Positions 44,301 to 52,803 of a stretch of DNA of 64,000 nt are shown here, in pieces. Source of the stretch: Myxococcales bacterium (GTDB taxonomy: Bacteria; Myxococcota_A; Polyangia; Polyangiales; Polyangiaceae). The stretch spans positions 3,932 to 67,931 of the forward strand of contig JAAZAA010000056.1 of the NCBI GenBank assembly GCA_012514535.1. The letters run 5' to 3'. The notes below the pieces were generated by a model. The model worked only from the letters and a program-made list of their open reading frames with translations, had not been told where the DNA came from and ran no database searches. The position numbers and the translations under genes were made by a program. Within the stretch, counting starts at the first letter, position 1. Every line of letters begins with the position of its first letter.

Positions 44301-46879
44301 TGCTGCGCCGCCGTGCGCCGATCCATCAGCCTCTGACCGGTGACCTCCACGAGCTTCTCGAGCCACGCGATCTTCTCCTCGGGCGACGCGCTCCCCTGGA
44401 GCATCACCTCGTACAGCGCGGGCATCCGCGCCCACTTCTCGTCCGCCTCGTAGAGCGGCAGGAGCTTGCTGGCGGCCCGCGTGTCCGCCGGATCGTTGGC
44501 CAGGATGCGCTCGTAGGACCGGAACGCCCGATCGGGTTGCTGCAGCTCCTCTTCGTAGATGCGCGCGGCGCGATAGCTGAGCGCGATCTTCGTCGCGGGC
44601 TCCGCCGCCCGATCCGCGGCGTTGCTCAACACCTCGACGAGCCCCTCGTGATCCTGCTGGGACGCGTAGAGCTCCTCGAGGGCGTCGAAATCCTCGCTGC
44701 GCAGGAACGTGTCCCGCAACACACGCATGGCGCGCGGCTGCCGCGGCTCGAGCTCGAGGGCCCGGCGCCAGGCGCCAATCGCCTGCTCGGCGTCGCCGAG
44801 GTGGTCCGAGTAGACAGAGCCGAGCTTCTGCAGCACGGCGAGCTTGGCGTCGACGTCCTCGAGGGCCGCGAGGCGACGCTCGAGGGCCTCCGCCAGAGTC
44901 GTCCAGTCCTTCGACCGCTCGGCGTGACGCTCGAGCCGATCCAGGACATCCATGCGCGAGGGATCCAGATCCAGGATCTCGCGGTAGTAGGCGACGGCGT
45001 CCGCGCCGCGGTTGAGACGCTCCGCGGCCAGCTGCGCCATCTCGCGGAGCAGCGGCACGCGATCGTGCCCCTGTCGCCCGGAGAGCTGCTCCTCATACAG
45101 AGCGAACAGCTCCTTCCAGGCGCGGCGCTTCCGGTAGAGCTCCTCGAGGCGCTCGGTCGCCTCCTCGTCCGTCGGATCGAGCGCGTGGAGCGCCGCGTAG
45201 GCGTCCATGGCGTGCTGCACGTTGGAGAACTGATCCAGCCAGCGGCGCGCCACCTCACGGAACAGGCGCTTCTTCTCGTCGACGTCCGAGACCAGCTCCG
45301 CCAAGAGCTGCTGACTGCTCAGGAGATCGCGCCAGCGCCCGAGCTTCTGGTAGAGGTCGACCAGCTCGCGCACCTCGCCGATGTCCTGCTCGTCGAGCTT
45401 GCCGTCGAGCTGCACGATCTGATTGAGCACGCCGACGAGCGCCGTGTCGCTCTTCACGTACTCACGGTACACGCCCGCGATCTCCCGCAGGACGGCCAGG
45501 CGCTCCTCGTAGGCCGACTCCGGGGTGCGCTCGAGCTGCTGGTTGAGCAGCTGCACGAGGGCGTTGTGCCCCTGCGTCTGCTTGTAGAGGCGCTTGAGAG
45601 AAGCGCGCGCCTCCGCGTTGTCCGGATCCTGGCGCAGGATGCTCTTGTACTGCTCGATCGCCTTCTGGGCGTTCGCCTGCGACTCCGCGAGCTGCGCCAC
45701 CTCCTGCGCGATCTCCGTGCGGCGCGGATCGCCTTCCGGCATCGCGCGCTGCGCCGCGGTCAGGATCTGAGCCAGCCCCGCGTCGTCGTCCAGGGACTTC
45801 TTGTACTCGCGATAGAACGCGAGCATGCCGTCGTTCGCCGGATCGATCTTGCGGATCCGCTCGAACCAGACCTCCGCGTCCGCCAGAGACTCGCGCTTGC
45901 GCCAATGGAGCATCGCGATCTGGAGCATCTCGCCCAGCTTGTCCTCGCCCGTGACGGTCGAGGTCTCGAGGGGCCGCTCATAGACACGCACCAAGGCGTC
46001 CCACCGCTCGTTTTGTGAGAAGAACGTGGTGACGTAGCCCAGGGCGTCCTGTTGGTTCGGTGCGTCGACGAGCACCCGATCGTAGGCGCGCGCGGCCCGC
46101 TCCTCGTCTCCGAGGCGATGCAGGTAGATGCGCGCCAGGCGCACGCCCGCCGCGACGCGCACGGACGGATCCGTGCTGCGATCCGCGACGCGCTCCAGCA
46201 CGCGCGCCGCCTCCTCCCACTTGGACTGGCGCCGGTAGACGGTCTCCAGCAGCCGCGCGGCGTCCGCGTTCGTGGGATCGAGGCGCACGGCTCGCTCGAG
46301 GAGCTCGGCGATCACCTCGAAGCGCGGGTTGGGCGCATGGCGCACCTCGACCTCGGCGGCGCGCATCAGCATCGAGCTCTGGTACGCCTCGTCGCCGCCC
46401 CCCTCCGCCTCGGTGACGTAATTCTCTGCGGCCTCCGCCCAGGTGCGACGTCGATCCTCGAGCTCGGCGAGCCGCGAGAGCGCCTCCGCATCCTCGGGGT
46501 TCAGCTCGAGCAGACGCTCGGCGGCCGCCGCGGCGGCCGTCTCGTCGAACAGCTCGGAGGACAGGACCCGTACATGAGCGCGTAGGTAGTCGGCTTCGCG
46601 CGGGGTCCCCGCCGTCGCCCGGAGCGACAACTCCAACAGGCGGGCCACGGCCTCCCACTCGCCACGCTCCACGTGCCGCTGGCGCGCGGCGTCGATGACC
46701 TCGAGGCTCTCCTCCAGCCCCAGGTCGCCATCCGGAGCCGCCAATGCTTCGGCGAGGGCAGCCCAGGCATCCTCGGCGTCGGGGTTGGCTTGAAGGGTTC
46801 CTAGAGCCGTTCGGACCGTCTGTGAATCCATCCTCGTTCCCGTCGCATCACCCGACTTCACAAAGTGCGACCATTGCAC
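35396..46879 (-). CDS. Giant (~3,810-3,827 aa) cytoplasmic protein built almost entirely of TPR-like helical repeats
   Basis: Single uninterrupted 11.5-kb ORF. No signal peptide or TM segment seen. A ~75-80 aa unit recurs dozens of times (A-[IV]-x-x-Y-x-x-[IVL]-L-x-x-D-P-x-x-x-x-A-L-x-x-L-x-x-L-Y-x-x-x-x-x-W-x-[ED]-L). Acidic, Leu/Ala/Glu/Arg-rich. Start is GTG 46879 or ATG 46831. Confidence 0.85.
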   Translation of the reverse strand: MQWSHFVKSGDATGTRMDSQTVRTALGTLQANPDAEDAWAALAEALAAPDGDLGLEESLEVIDAARQRHVERGEWEAVARLLELSLRATAGTPREADYLRAHVRVLSSELFDETAAAAAAERLLELNPEDAEALSRLAELEDRRRTWAEAAENYVTEAEGGGDEAYQSSMLMRAAEVEVRHAPNPRFEVIAELLERAVRLDPTNADAARLLETVYRRQSKWEEAARVLERVADRSTDPSVRVAAGVRLARIYLHRLGDEERAARAYDRVLVDAPNQQDALGYVTTFFSQNERWDALVRVYERPLETSTVTGEDKLGEMLQIAMLHWRKRESLADAEVWFERIRKIDPANDGMLAFYREYKKSLDDDAGLAQILTAAQRAMPEGDPRRTEIAQEVAQLAESQANAQKAIEQYKSILRQDPDNAEARASLKRLYKQTQGHNALVQLLNQQLERTPESAYEERLAVLREIAGVYREYVKSDTALVGVLNQIVQLDGKLDEQDIGEVRELVDLYQKLGRWRDLLSSQQLLAELVSDVDEKKRLFREVARRWLDQFSNVQHAMDAYAALHALDPTDEEATERLEELYRKRRAWKELFALYEEQLSGRQGHDRVPLLREMAQLAAERLNRGADAVAYYREILDLDPSRMDVLDRLERHAERSKDWTTLAEALERRLAALEDVDAKLAVLQKLGSVYSDHLGDAEQAIGAWRRALELEPRQPRAMRVLRDTFLRSEDFDALEELYASQQDHEGLVEVLSNAADRAAEPATKIALSYRAARIYEEELQQPDRAFRSYERILANDPADTRAASKLLPLYEADEKWARMPALYEVMLQGSASPEEKIAWLEKLVEVTGQRLMDRRTAAQHARRAYEISPADPRAVELLEQTARASGHWDELVSALEGRLAELDASSLEMAQSGEVTKASVSEAPPTSEELEQAAGGGGRRKRRRRKKTATVVEAVPVQTAPSPAHADEQRLLCLKLATVYADELGRVDDAVARLQGVLEGRPTDVEAGSLLENILRRGDRRDGLRWLHELRTEHAESDAERARLLNDWAQLEEEFGEVDRARQLYSRALELAPDDAVALAASVRLALAAEDWTAAAVGLERQRQLAPAEERATKALELAELYVDRLAQPAEALSAAREALELDGDRVRAIDVLQKVVDEPGVRAEAARLLVEQFELTGDARQEARALVVLIGETAEAGERIDLYHRLATVFEEKLGELGAALGAILEALGSHPGELGLWDRGDRLGSLAGRPTELAERYRETLRSSVAEGLEPEILRELAGRAARLHDSVLGDSLGAVPYLEMILGLDPDDEQAFGRLKEILTGAERWGELESLYERATERLDDEARRIEMLAEVALIAEEIIDDAAKAAGYHERILRLDPAHAASLEALDRLYSRLGRSERLSEIVELRLEGASGEALSELRVRAARLALELHQPERAVGHVESLLLDDPNDTEAREVAELLLEVGNVKGRAARALETVYELRDETRDLVRVLCVRVDSLRPEEGEDLDEELQRQREDERRELLRRIATLRNERLHDDEGSFEVFAELAPLDPLDAELRERLVESGRRLGRYARTAEVLVATADAAEEAPLKGEILMQVASLQQEALGDITAAEGTYRRVLGLDPEDADLVLPAARALEAIYVGSNRPEELADVLRLQVALESDGERRGELLARIGELSAEVLGDTEGAIAAWEARLEETPDEPEALAALDDLYTRAGRWEQLVGVLERRRDLASGEERRALLLRQAEVQRDRLEQKSAAVETFQSIVDEFGPAAEIYQSLEGLFAELERWDDLNETYERHLDIVETDEERLAVLAALGNSRRDHTKDYPGALEAYRRAISIDSTHGASRAALNEMLALEDRTARMEAAEILHPIYEAEGDHARLIEIVEIEVEVADDPSERLDKLELATRIAEDALDDAARAYGYAERAVRDAAAQGDVTPYLVTLDRLAGTTGRRREQAEVLEAIVPELFDGDLQVDVTRRVAELHRYELGSPERAKETYCKVLELRADDRASLLALEELYGESGEAARLLEILERRAEVSDSDDERRELSYRQAELLSGELNEPERAIEVYESIITSSLDARAVEALQTLYTKAERWDDLTSLLQRRIDERDGSEPDLRVQVARVAEERSGDVERALDELEQALECDNQHAGAIELLEKLQGSAEEPSQRARAATLLEPVYLLRADYDRVTAALRTRLESSDVPEERRELITRLAQIQEEQKEDYAGALEISAQLLEDDINDEEIVSELERLAKVAGAHQRLAEIYAARLEHVEVDDEGSTRLARRAAELFVEGGNDAQALPLYRRALAFAPEAQDLFEAIDAILIRAEAHQERVELYGTALEHRYEPDDRVRLLHTVAALQRDHLQDLDAAIEAHQAVLEIDERDSSSLDALTELYTTKERWEDLAELYQRRAEDSAPEAAADFRLSLARLFDTRLGQTERAVDQLEEIVRELPTHTEAIRSLEAFREHETLKERIVEILRPLYESADDWKRLIKLNEDRFSLATDPAEQVSVLRETAELWESRGQDQGKARRVLAEAVRVEPDDPDVRADYERLVEATESWDELTEIYDQLLAEHPDLLGKRDLLAKLAAVHDRHLDDPRKALNAYVGLHDIEQGELEPVLSMERLSLLLSDWKTLETALLAKADLVFEEDERAEAWRRIGELRQHMLDDAPGALEAYEQAFDIDPSHAPTLDCLIALHEGRGEAARLVDLYQQRFDLATPEEDELKFELMTRSARRLEQDLIDRPRAIESLVQAIALRPDSAETRAELNRLYRAEEMWPDLLDNLRLEASTEQNPERRIQLRTEVGRILASKLESFEEAIEAYRLVLEERSDDEESLDAVRALGQEHEHLRGLAAEVLVPVLRQSGLHERLIDVLEMRLTIEVEPSTRAETLRAIAQVEESALGNARHALKTLLRALAETPEALDLHVEIERLAAQTGDWEAYVAALEERGGETYDAEIARDLLVRAGRLAEQALSDGKRAIRAYVRATEQAGDQPELLEALDRLYSASGELEELQGVLERRLALEDADEEQAELYYRLGRLQLEELKRPAEALGSLRLAIERDRAHRGAAELLEQLLEEPTCFEEAFEVLEGVYRERSQTDRLAGLFERRVTKAETIVERIDMRRELARVLEEDCQDPGAAQKVLQQGLADDPTDAALLDEIERLAPITGAWADAAQAVLSAVEAAEGLDPVSGRELCVRVASWQRDKLGDRAAAEAALVKASEFEPDNDEVLAELEALQTDPGRERDLIATLERRARLALDDEERLGMYRRAKELCDGLGDAALGERLLRKVIELDEVNLWALAGLTEARRSAGDHQETFDLLVRRAELELDMKTVRALRFEAAEIALQHLEQLDRATELFEQLFEDEPTDRKASEALWAAYERGEKWLELSRLSERLIDLEDDLERRNGLRLDLARLFVERLDDHVAAIDLLQTILDELPAQADAVVMLSDLYEKDGRNDELADLLDAQIQGARERGDQESELRFLVRLGNLYEGPLGDGGRAVERYQEVLERDPNHRGALEALVRLHDAEGSRPESAAALERLVPLLEGEEAVTRGVELAELYRELEEGEKAAAALERALQSGGPSEEVRGRLRSQYEANGAWDKLAALLVEDAEAAEEPADKVALFREAAELHRTKRDDTAQAAELLARASELDPEDRDLLMELSDAYSASGRGAEAVEVLQKVVESFAGKRSKEVAEIHRRLATAHLSQGDTEKALDELNKAFRIEPGNVHVLKQLGDLAYQTEDYKNAQKMYLALRLQKLDDSSPVTKAEVFCRLGQIHQKLGELPKAKQNFERALQLDESLEDAKRGLEELG

Positions 46880-46959
46880 TCTCGTCTTCGGATGCGGGAC
46901 GAGAGTAGCGCCCTCCGATGACCGGGAACAACCCTTGCAAATCAGTGATTCCGCTCCGT

Positions 46960-47970
46960 TTATGGAGAGCTCACTGACCCGGCTGAGTCCACCCGATTGC
47001 CCGCGCGATCGCCCTCGCCTGCGGGCTCTGCGCCCGAGGTCGGGCCCTCTCGCACATCACCGGAATTCATCACCCGTGCGAGCTTTTCACGCACGGCGGG
47101 GTTCGCACCGAGCGCCCGCGCCCGCTCGAGGGCGTGCCGCGCCTCCGCGCGACGCCCCAGCCGCCAAAGCGCGTAAGCCCGCCCCAGCTGCACGTCCCCG
47201 TCTTTCGGCCGCAGGGCCGCCAGAGCGTCGTACTGGGCGAGCGCCTCGTCCGGTTGGTCCAGGCGCAAGGCGAGGGTCGCGAGGCCCACGCGGTGTTCGG
47301 GCGCATGGGGGGCGATGCGCAGCCCCCGCTCGTAAGCGCCCTTTGCCTCCATGTACCTACCTTGATGCACACGGACCAGGCCGAGGGCGTGCCAGGTGGT
47401 CGCGTCCTCGGGATCGCGCCGCAGAGCCTCCTCGAGACGCGGCGCCGCCCACTCGAGCTCTCCCCAGCGGGCGGCGCGCAGCCCCCCAGCGCGCGGTCCC
47501 CGAGGATCCTGGGGCGCCACGGCCGCTCCCCGGTCGAAGAAGGCCAGCGCCTCGTCGTAGCGGTGAGCGAGCTCGTAGGCGTGGCCGAGCTCGATCCAGG
47601 GCGTCGGATCCCGCTCGCCCAGGCGCGCTGCCAGGCGCGCGGCCTCGCGCTCCGCCGCTCCCAGATCCCCGCGGTGCCCGAGCACGCGGACGAGCTGACG
47701 CCGCGCCTCCACGTCGTCGGGTGCGTGCTCCAGGTGCTCCTCGAGGAGGCGCTGCGCCTCCTCCGTCCGGCCAGCGTCCACGAGGAGGGAAGCGCGGGCG
47801 ACCGGCGACGTCGGCGCACACCCGGAGCACGGCGCGACGAACAGAGCACCTCCGAGCAGGACCCCGCGGAGCAGCACGCCATGGAGCAGGGCGCCGCGGA
47901 GCAGGGCGCGCAGCCCCCCCGAGGGGACGGCCCGCCTGGGGGGACCGGGAGAGCCGAGGGAGCGCCGCAC
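46960..47970 (-). CDS. TPR-repeat lipoprotein
   Basis: [12 protein letters not shown] lipobox-like signal, then ~6 canonical TPRs ([61 protein letters not shown]). Its stop lies 80 nt upstream of the giant TPR ORF on the same strand. Confidence 0.75.
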   Translation of the reverse strand: MRRSLGSPGPPRRAVPSGGLRALLRGALLHGVLLRGVLLGGALFVAPCSGCAPTSPVARASLLVDAGRTEEAQRLLEEHLEHAPDDVEARRQLVRVLGHRGDLGAAEREAARLAARLGERDPTPWIELGHAYELAHRYDEALAFFDRGAAVAPQDPRGPRAGGLRAARWGELEWAAPRLEEALRRDPEDATTWHALGLVRVHQGRYMEAKGAYERGLRIAPHAPEHRVGLATLALRLDQPDEALAQYDALAALRPKDGDVQLGRAYALWRLGRRAEARHALERARALGANPAVREKLARVMNSGDVREGPTSGAEPAGEGDRAGNRVDSAGSVSSP

Positions 47971-48141
47971 GAGCGGACGCTACCGCATCGCTGGGGAGCC
48001 CCGCCATCACCCCGGCCACCCACCCTCCAGCGCGCCAGAGCTTGCGCTGGGACCTCCCGCTGGGTACCTGCGCACGAGCCTGCGTTCGGTCGGCGTGCGC
48101 GCACGAGCGCCGCCGTCGAGGAATCACCCAGGAGGAGACGC

Positions 48142-49089
48142 ATGGGTCAGTTCGATGAGCTACAGACGATCGGCGTGGTCGGAGCGGGGCAGATGGGCGT
48201 CGGCATCGCGCAGGTCTGCGCGGCGGCGGGCCTCGCGGTGACCCTGTCGGACGTCTCTCGGGAGCAGGCCCGCGCGGGGCTCGACCGCATGAAGGCGCGC
48301 CTCGATGGCCAGGTCGAGCGCGGCAAGGTGGCGGCGGCGGATCGGGACGCGCTCCTCGAGAGGATCCAGGTGGTCGACCTCGCCGGGCACGGCGCCGCGC
48401 AGCTCGTGATCGAGGCGGCCACGGAGCGTGAGGAGCTCAAGCTCGAGCTCTTTCGGCAGCTCGACGCGAGCACGCCCCCGGAGACCCTGCTCGCGAGCAA
48501 CACGTCGAGCATCTCGATCACGCGCATCGCCGCCGCGACTCGGCGCGCCGACCGGGTGGGCGGCCTCCACTTCATGAACCCCGTCCCGGTGATGCAGCTG
48601 GTCGAGGTCGTTCGTGGCCTCCAGACGTCCTCCGAGACCCTGGCCCAGCTCACGGCCCTCGCCCACCGCGTCGGCAAGCAGACGGTCGCGAGCGAGGACC
48701 GTCCGGGGTTCATCATCAACCGCGTCCTCATCCCATTCTTGAACGAGGCTTGCCTGGCCCTGAGCGAGGGCGTCGCGAGCGTCGCCGACATCGACGCGGG
48801 GATTCGGCTCGGGCTCAACCACCCCCTGGGTCCCCTCGCCCTCGCGGATTTGATCGGCCTGGATACGGTGTTGGCGATCGGTGAGGTGCTCCACCGGGAC
48901 TTCGGTGACAGCAAGTACCGACCAGCTCCCCTGCTCCGCAACCTGGTCGCCGCCGGCTGGCTGGGACGCAAGACGGGCAAAGGATTCTACGTGTACGGCC
49001 CCAAGGGCGAGCTGGGAGAGCCCAACCCCCTGCTCCGCGGGGATCCTTCCCTCGGAGCCGCCGCCGGAGAGGGGAGGGAGCGCTCGTGA
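48142..49089 (+). CDS. hbd: 3-hydroxybutyryl-CoA / 3-hydroxyacyl-CoA dehydrogenase
   Basis: [30 protein letters not shown] fold, [57 protein letters not shown]. Confidence 0.9.
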   Translation: MGQFDELQTIGVVGAGQMGVGIAQVCAAAGLAVTLSDVSREQARAGLDRMKARLDGQVERGKVAAADRDALLERIQVVDLAGHGAAQLVIEAATEREELKLELFRQLDASTPPETLLASNTSSISITRIAAATRRADRVGGLHFMNPVPVMQLVEVVRGLQTSSETLAQLTALAHRVGKQTVASEDRPGFIINRVLIPFLNEACLALSEGVASVADIDAGIRLGLNHPLGPLALADLIGLDTVLAIGEVLHRDFGDSKYRPAPLLRNLVAAGWLGRKTGKGFYVYGPKGELGEPNPLLRGDPSLGAAAGEGRERS

Positions 49090-50966
49090 GCTCATCTCTC
49101 CGGCTTCGTCGTAGGAGCGCGGAAGACCCGCTCCGCCGCACCTTCGGGCGACGCCTGGCCGCGCGCGGGTGGCCGGTTCTCCTCGGGCTCCTCCCGTTGG
49201 CCGCCTGTGAGGAGGACAAGCCCTTCACGCCCTTCGAGGTGGCAACCTCGCTGCCCACCAGCCCCGAGCCCCCGCCGCCTCCCGAGCCGACGGCGACCGC
49301 GGAGCAGCCCGCCGAGGGGAACGTGCTCCTGCGGCGCGCGATCAAGGCGCCCCGCGAGGCGAAGACCTGGACCGTCGAGGGGCGCCCCCTGCGCGCCCCG
49401 GACGGGCACCTCTTCGACCTGGCGCTCCCCCTCGCGCCCGCGAAGGAGGGCGCTCCTCCCGAGGTGCTCGCGTGGACGCGCCAACCCGCCCGGGGGAGCA
49501 CGCCCGCGAGCGGGGCCCTCTGGCTCTACGGAGACGGCGAGCCCCGTCGTCTGGCGGAGCTGCCTGGCTTCGTCCCGGTCAGTCCCGACTGTGAGCACGT
49601 GGCGAGCCTCGATCAGACGGGCCCCCACACCGTGACCGTCGACGTGACGGCCCGCTGCACCGCCCGCCTCGTCGCCCGCGCCCCCACGCGCAGCGTGCTC
49701 GTCGTCGATCCGAAGCGCCCCGACCCGGTCCTCATGGGCTTCCGCGCCGCCGACCCGGCGCCGGGGGAGACCCTCGAGCTCCAGATCGACTCACGGGACC
49801 TCGACGACGACGGGCGTGACGACATCACCCTGCGCGTCACCGTGGGCAGCAAGGACCGGAAGGCCAGCGCTCGGTTCGTGTGGTTCGATCGCGCCGCGGG
49901 GCGCTCTCGCGACTCCAAGGAGCCCGCGGCCAGCTTCTCCGCGATCGCCGCGCGCTTGGCGACTCTGTCCAAGGGCAGCAAGGGCGCGGCCTCCGTCGCC
50001 GACGAAGCGGACGCGGCGCGCCGCCTCTACGCCGCGGCGTGCGGAGAGAGCGGGACGCCCCGGCTCTGGGCCGCGAACGGTACGGCGTTGACCTGCAGCG
50101 CGGACGCCAGCGTCGCCTCTTTCCTCGGCTCGGAGATCACCGCGGCGTCGACCCTCGGGCGACCGCTCGAGGCGCTCGGGCTGCTGGAGCGCGACGGCTG
50201 GTACGGCGCGAAGCTCCCCGCCAAGGAACGTGAGCGCCTCGAGAAGCTGGCGCTGGGCAAGGTGCAGAAGGTGAGCCCGGAGATGGCAGGGGCCTTCATG
50301 GCCCACCTGCCGCCGCGCCCCACGGAGCCGCGCTTCAGCCCCCTGCACTTCGACTCCTCGGGACGTCTCTGGGTGCGCAACGCGGAGGCGCGGGTGCTCG
50401 CCAGCGATCCCCCGGGCAGCCCACCGAGCGATCCCACGCTGGGCGCGGGAGGAGCCCCCCAGCGGAGCGATGTCCCCGACGTCTGGCCCCTGCGCGTCAT
50501 CGACCAGGCCGGGCGCACCTGGACGGGCGTCGTGCCCTCCTGCGATCGCTCGGAGCTCCAGCTGTCCTTCGTGAGCCGGGAGGGGATGCCCTCACCCCCG
50601 CAACCTCTCCCCCTCCTCGCTCCTCGCCCGGGTTCCTGCCAGCGGGCGGGCGCCCTCGCGCCCCCCACCGGGACGCCGATCGCGTGGCACGGCAACCAGC
50701 TCGAGGTCTGGCTCGCCGGACATCACCTCAACGCTCCCTCGACCAGCACTCCGGGGCGCCCCGGCTCTCCCCGCTCCGCCGATGGGAAGGCGCTCGTCGT
50801 CCCCAGCCGGTTCGGCTTGCTCGTGCAGCGCGACGGCGGGGTCGAGCTCTGGCAGGGCGAGGTGACCCAGGCGCTCACGGACTGCGTCCCCAGCGCGGGC
50901 GCGCGTCAGATCGCCTGCGTCAAGGGGCGCAGCAGCGTCGTCGTGCTGAAGCGACCTGGAGCCTGA
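49086..50966 (+). CDS. Hypothetical lipoprotein (626 aa)
   Basis: The GTG overlaps the hbd stop (GTGA). [13 protein letters not shown] lipobox, then a Pro-rich linker. No recognisable domain. Confidence 0.55.
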   Translation: MSSSLRLRRRSAEDPLRRTFGRRLAARGWPVLLGLLPLAACEEDKPFTPFEVATSLPTSPEPPPPPEPTATAEQPAEGNVLLRRAIKAPREAKTWTVEGRPLRAPDGHLFDLALPLAPAKEGAPPEVLAWTRQPARGSTPASGALWLYGDGEPRRLAELPGFVPVSPDCEHVASLDQTGPHTVTVDVTARCTARLVARAPTRSVLVVDPKRPDPVLMGFRAADPAPGETLELQIDSRDLDDDGRDDITLRVTVGSKDRKASARFVWFDRAAGRSRDSKEPAASFSAIAARLATLSKGSKGAASVADEADAARRLYAAACGESGTPRLWAANGTALTCSADASVASFLGSEITAASTLGRPLEALGLLERDGWYGAKLPAKERERLEKLALGKVQKVSPEMAGAFMAHLPPRPTEPRFSPLHFDSSGRLWVRNAEARVLASDPPGSPPSDPTLGAGGAPQRSDVPDVWPLRVIDQAGRTWTGVVPSCDRSELQLSFVSREGMPSPPQPLPLLAPRPGSCQRAGALAPPTGTPIAWHGNQLEVWLAGHHLNAPSTSTPGRPGSPRSADGKALVVPSRFGLLVQRDGGVELWQGEVTQALTDCVPSAGARQIACVKGRSSVVVLKRPGA

Positions 50967-51050
50967 AGCGCAGCTGGACTGGCGCGCGCAGCCCGGGCGG
51001 CGCCGCGCCCAGGCTGGATGCCACGCCGCCAGCCACGCCGCGTCCCTGGA

Positions 51051-51614
51051 TCACGGCGCCTTGGCGCGCTCGAGATAGGAGCGGTTGCGCGTGTCGACCT
51101 TGATCCAGTCCCCCTCGCCGACGAAGAGGGGCACCTGGACCACCGCGCCGGTGGAGATGGTGGCGGGCTTGGTGACGTTCGTCGCCGTGTCGCCCTTCAC
51201 GCCCGGCTCGGTCTGCGTCACCTGGACGATGATGTGCGCCGGCAGGCTCACGCTCACGGGGTTGCCGCGATACAGGGTGACGGTCACCTCCGCCCCATCG
51301 ATCAGGAACCCGGCGTCGTCACCGACCGCGTCCGAGGGCACGGAGATCTGCTCACCCGTGTGGGAGTTCATGAACACGTACCCCTCCCCGTCCGGGTAGA
51401 TGTACTGCATGGTCTTCTCCTCGACGTCCGCGGGCTCGAGCTTCTCTCCGGAACGGATGTTGCGCTCGAGGGAACCGCCGGTGAGGAGGTTCTTCATTTT
51501 CGTGCGCGTGAAGGCCTGCCCCTTGCCGGGCTTGACGAACTGGAAGTCGACCACCACGTAGGGCTGGCCGTCCATCATGATCTTCACGCCTTTTTTGATG
51601 TCGCTCGTTTCCAT
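51051..51614 (-). CDS. efp: Translation elongation factor P
   Basis: Full-length match to EF-P as remembered: KKGVKIMMDGQPYVVVDFQFVKPGKGQAFTRTKMKNLLTG...VKGDTAT...KPATISTGAVVQVPLFV. Confidence 0.97.
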   Translation of the reverse strand: METSDIKKGVKIMMDGQPYVVVDFQFVKPGKGQAFTRTKMKNLLTGGSLERNIRSGEKLEPADVEEKTMQYIYPDGEGYVFMNSHTGEQISVPSDAVGDDAGFLIDGAEVTVTLYRGNPVSVSLPAHIIVQVTQTEPGVKGDTATNVTKPATISTGAVVQVPLFVGEGDWIKVDTRNRSYLERAKAP

Positions 51615-51933
51615 TTGACTGCCTCGTAAAGAGCACCGACGGCTTGCCAGCTGCGGCGGAGAGGACTCGGCCCCTGCGCGGGCCGTTCAGGCCGACCCTG
51701 CTTCCCGGGCCAGCGCGTCGGGTGTTACAGGGTGCGCGCCAGGCATTCAAGGGCAAGCTCGGAGGCCACTGGCCCTCACCACCGCCCCCAGATGGGGGGT
51801 GTGTTCGAAAGACCGCCCATTTCGGGGACCGCGACCGGGGTTGCGCGCGGGGGAGCGGCTGACCAGGATGCGCCGTCCCCCCTGCCCCCGTCGCCCCCGC
51901 GACCCGCCGCCTGCGCCCCCACCCTCCTCTCCG

Positions 51934-52803
51934 ATGCTCCCGCGCCCCATGCACGAATACGACCTGGAGGAAATCAAGCGAGAGATCGTCGAAAGCCGCT
52001 CGCTGACCATCAAGACCAACAACCTGGTCAACGCGCTGGCCGCCGATCTCAAGAGCATCGCCAAGCGCCAGCAGGGCTACGAGCGGAAGATCTTCGTCCA
52101 CTCCGTCACCGCCTACCTGGTCGTCGTGGCGGTGATCATGATCTTGAGCAAGCTGGCCCTGGACGCTCAGGTGGAGGCGGTCCGTGAAGAGGGACGCGCA
52201 GCTCGCGAAGAGCTCGTGCAGATGGAGAAGAGCCTCGCCGCCGTCGAGAAGCGCGAGGAGGCGCGGCTCCTGGCCTCTCGCAAGGCGGCGGAGCTCTACC
52301 AGCTCGTCACGGAGAACAAACGGCCCGAGCTCCTCGAGCGGTTGCCCGAGCTCGCCAAGCTCGACCTGAGCCCCACGGAGCGGGCGGTCTTCGAACAGGC
52401 CGCGCAGCGCTCACGCATGGAACTCTCGCTGATCGCCTATCAGGCGGGACTGGACCACGCCCGGGCGCAGCGCTGGCACGAAGCCATGTTGAGCTTCCGT
52501 GAATCACTCGAGCTCCACCGCGACGCCCCCCACGCCCCCCAGGCGACCTACGAGCTGGCGCGGGCGCAGCGACAGCTCGGACGGCAGAAGGAGGCCATTC
52601 CCCTGCTGATGTCCTTGACGGAGGCCTCCGCCGACAAGGAGGTGCTCGACGAGGCGACCTTCCTCCTGGCGGAGTGCCAGCTCGACATCGAAGCCTGGAA
52701 CGACGCCAAGGCCACCCTGCGCAACTTCATCCGGCGTTTTCCCCGGAGCCCGCTGCTGAACGAGGCGCGCTCGAAGCTCTCCGAGGTCAACCTCCGTCAC
52801 TGA
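51934..52803 (+). CDS. Membrane-anchored coiled-coil protein with C-terminal TPR (YbgF/CpoB-like) domain
   Basis: TM helix VTAYLVVVAVIMILSKLAL, heptad-rich region, and C-terminal TPRs (ATYELARAQRQLGRQKEAIPLL...EATFLLAECQLDIEAWNDAKATLRNFIRRFPRSP). Start is ATG 51934 or 51949. Confidence 0.6.
   Translation: MLPRPMHEYDLEEIKREIVESRSLTIKTNNLVNALAADLKSIAKRQQGYERKIFVHSVTAYLVVVAVIMILSKLALDAQVEAVREEGRAAREELVQMEKSLAAVEKREEARLLASRKAAELYQLVTENKRPELLERLPELAKLDLSPTERAVFEQAAQRSRMELSLIAYQAGLDHARAQRWHEAMLSFRESLELHRDAPHAPQATYELARAQRQLGRQKEAIPLLMSLTEASADKEVLDEATFLLAECQLDIEAWNDAKATLRNFIRRFPRSPLLNEARSKLSEVNLRH

Noticed and set aside
37658-46018. 2,786-aa ORF on the plus strand, antisense to the giant TPR gene
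   Set aside because: It is a shadow ORF. The repetitive GC-rich sense codons (GAG, CTC, GCC, CGC...) leave the antisense frame free of stops. The translation is Leu/Arg/Gly/Val-rich without any repeat logic, motif or start context, whereas the minus-strand product has a coherent TPR periodicity.
51632-51649. TGGCAA...GGTGCT upstream of efp (minus strand)
   Set aside because: The GG-to-GC spacing is two bases too long, and efp is a housekeeping gene with no reason for sigma-54 control.
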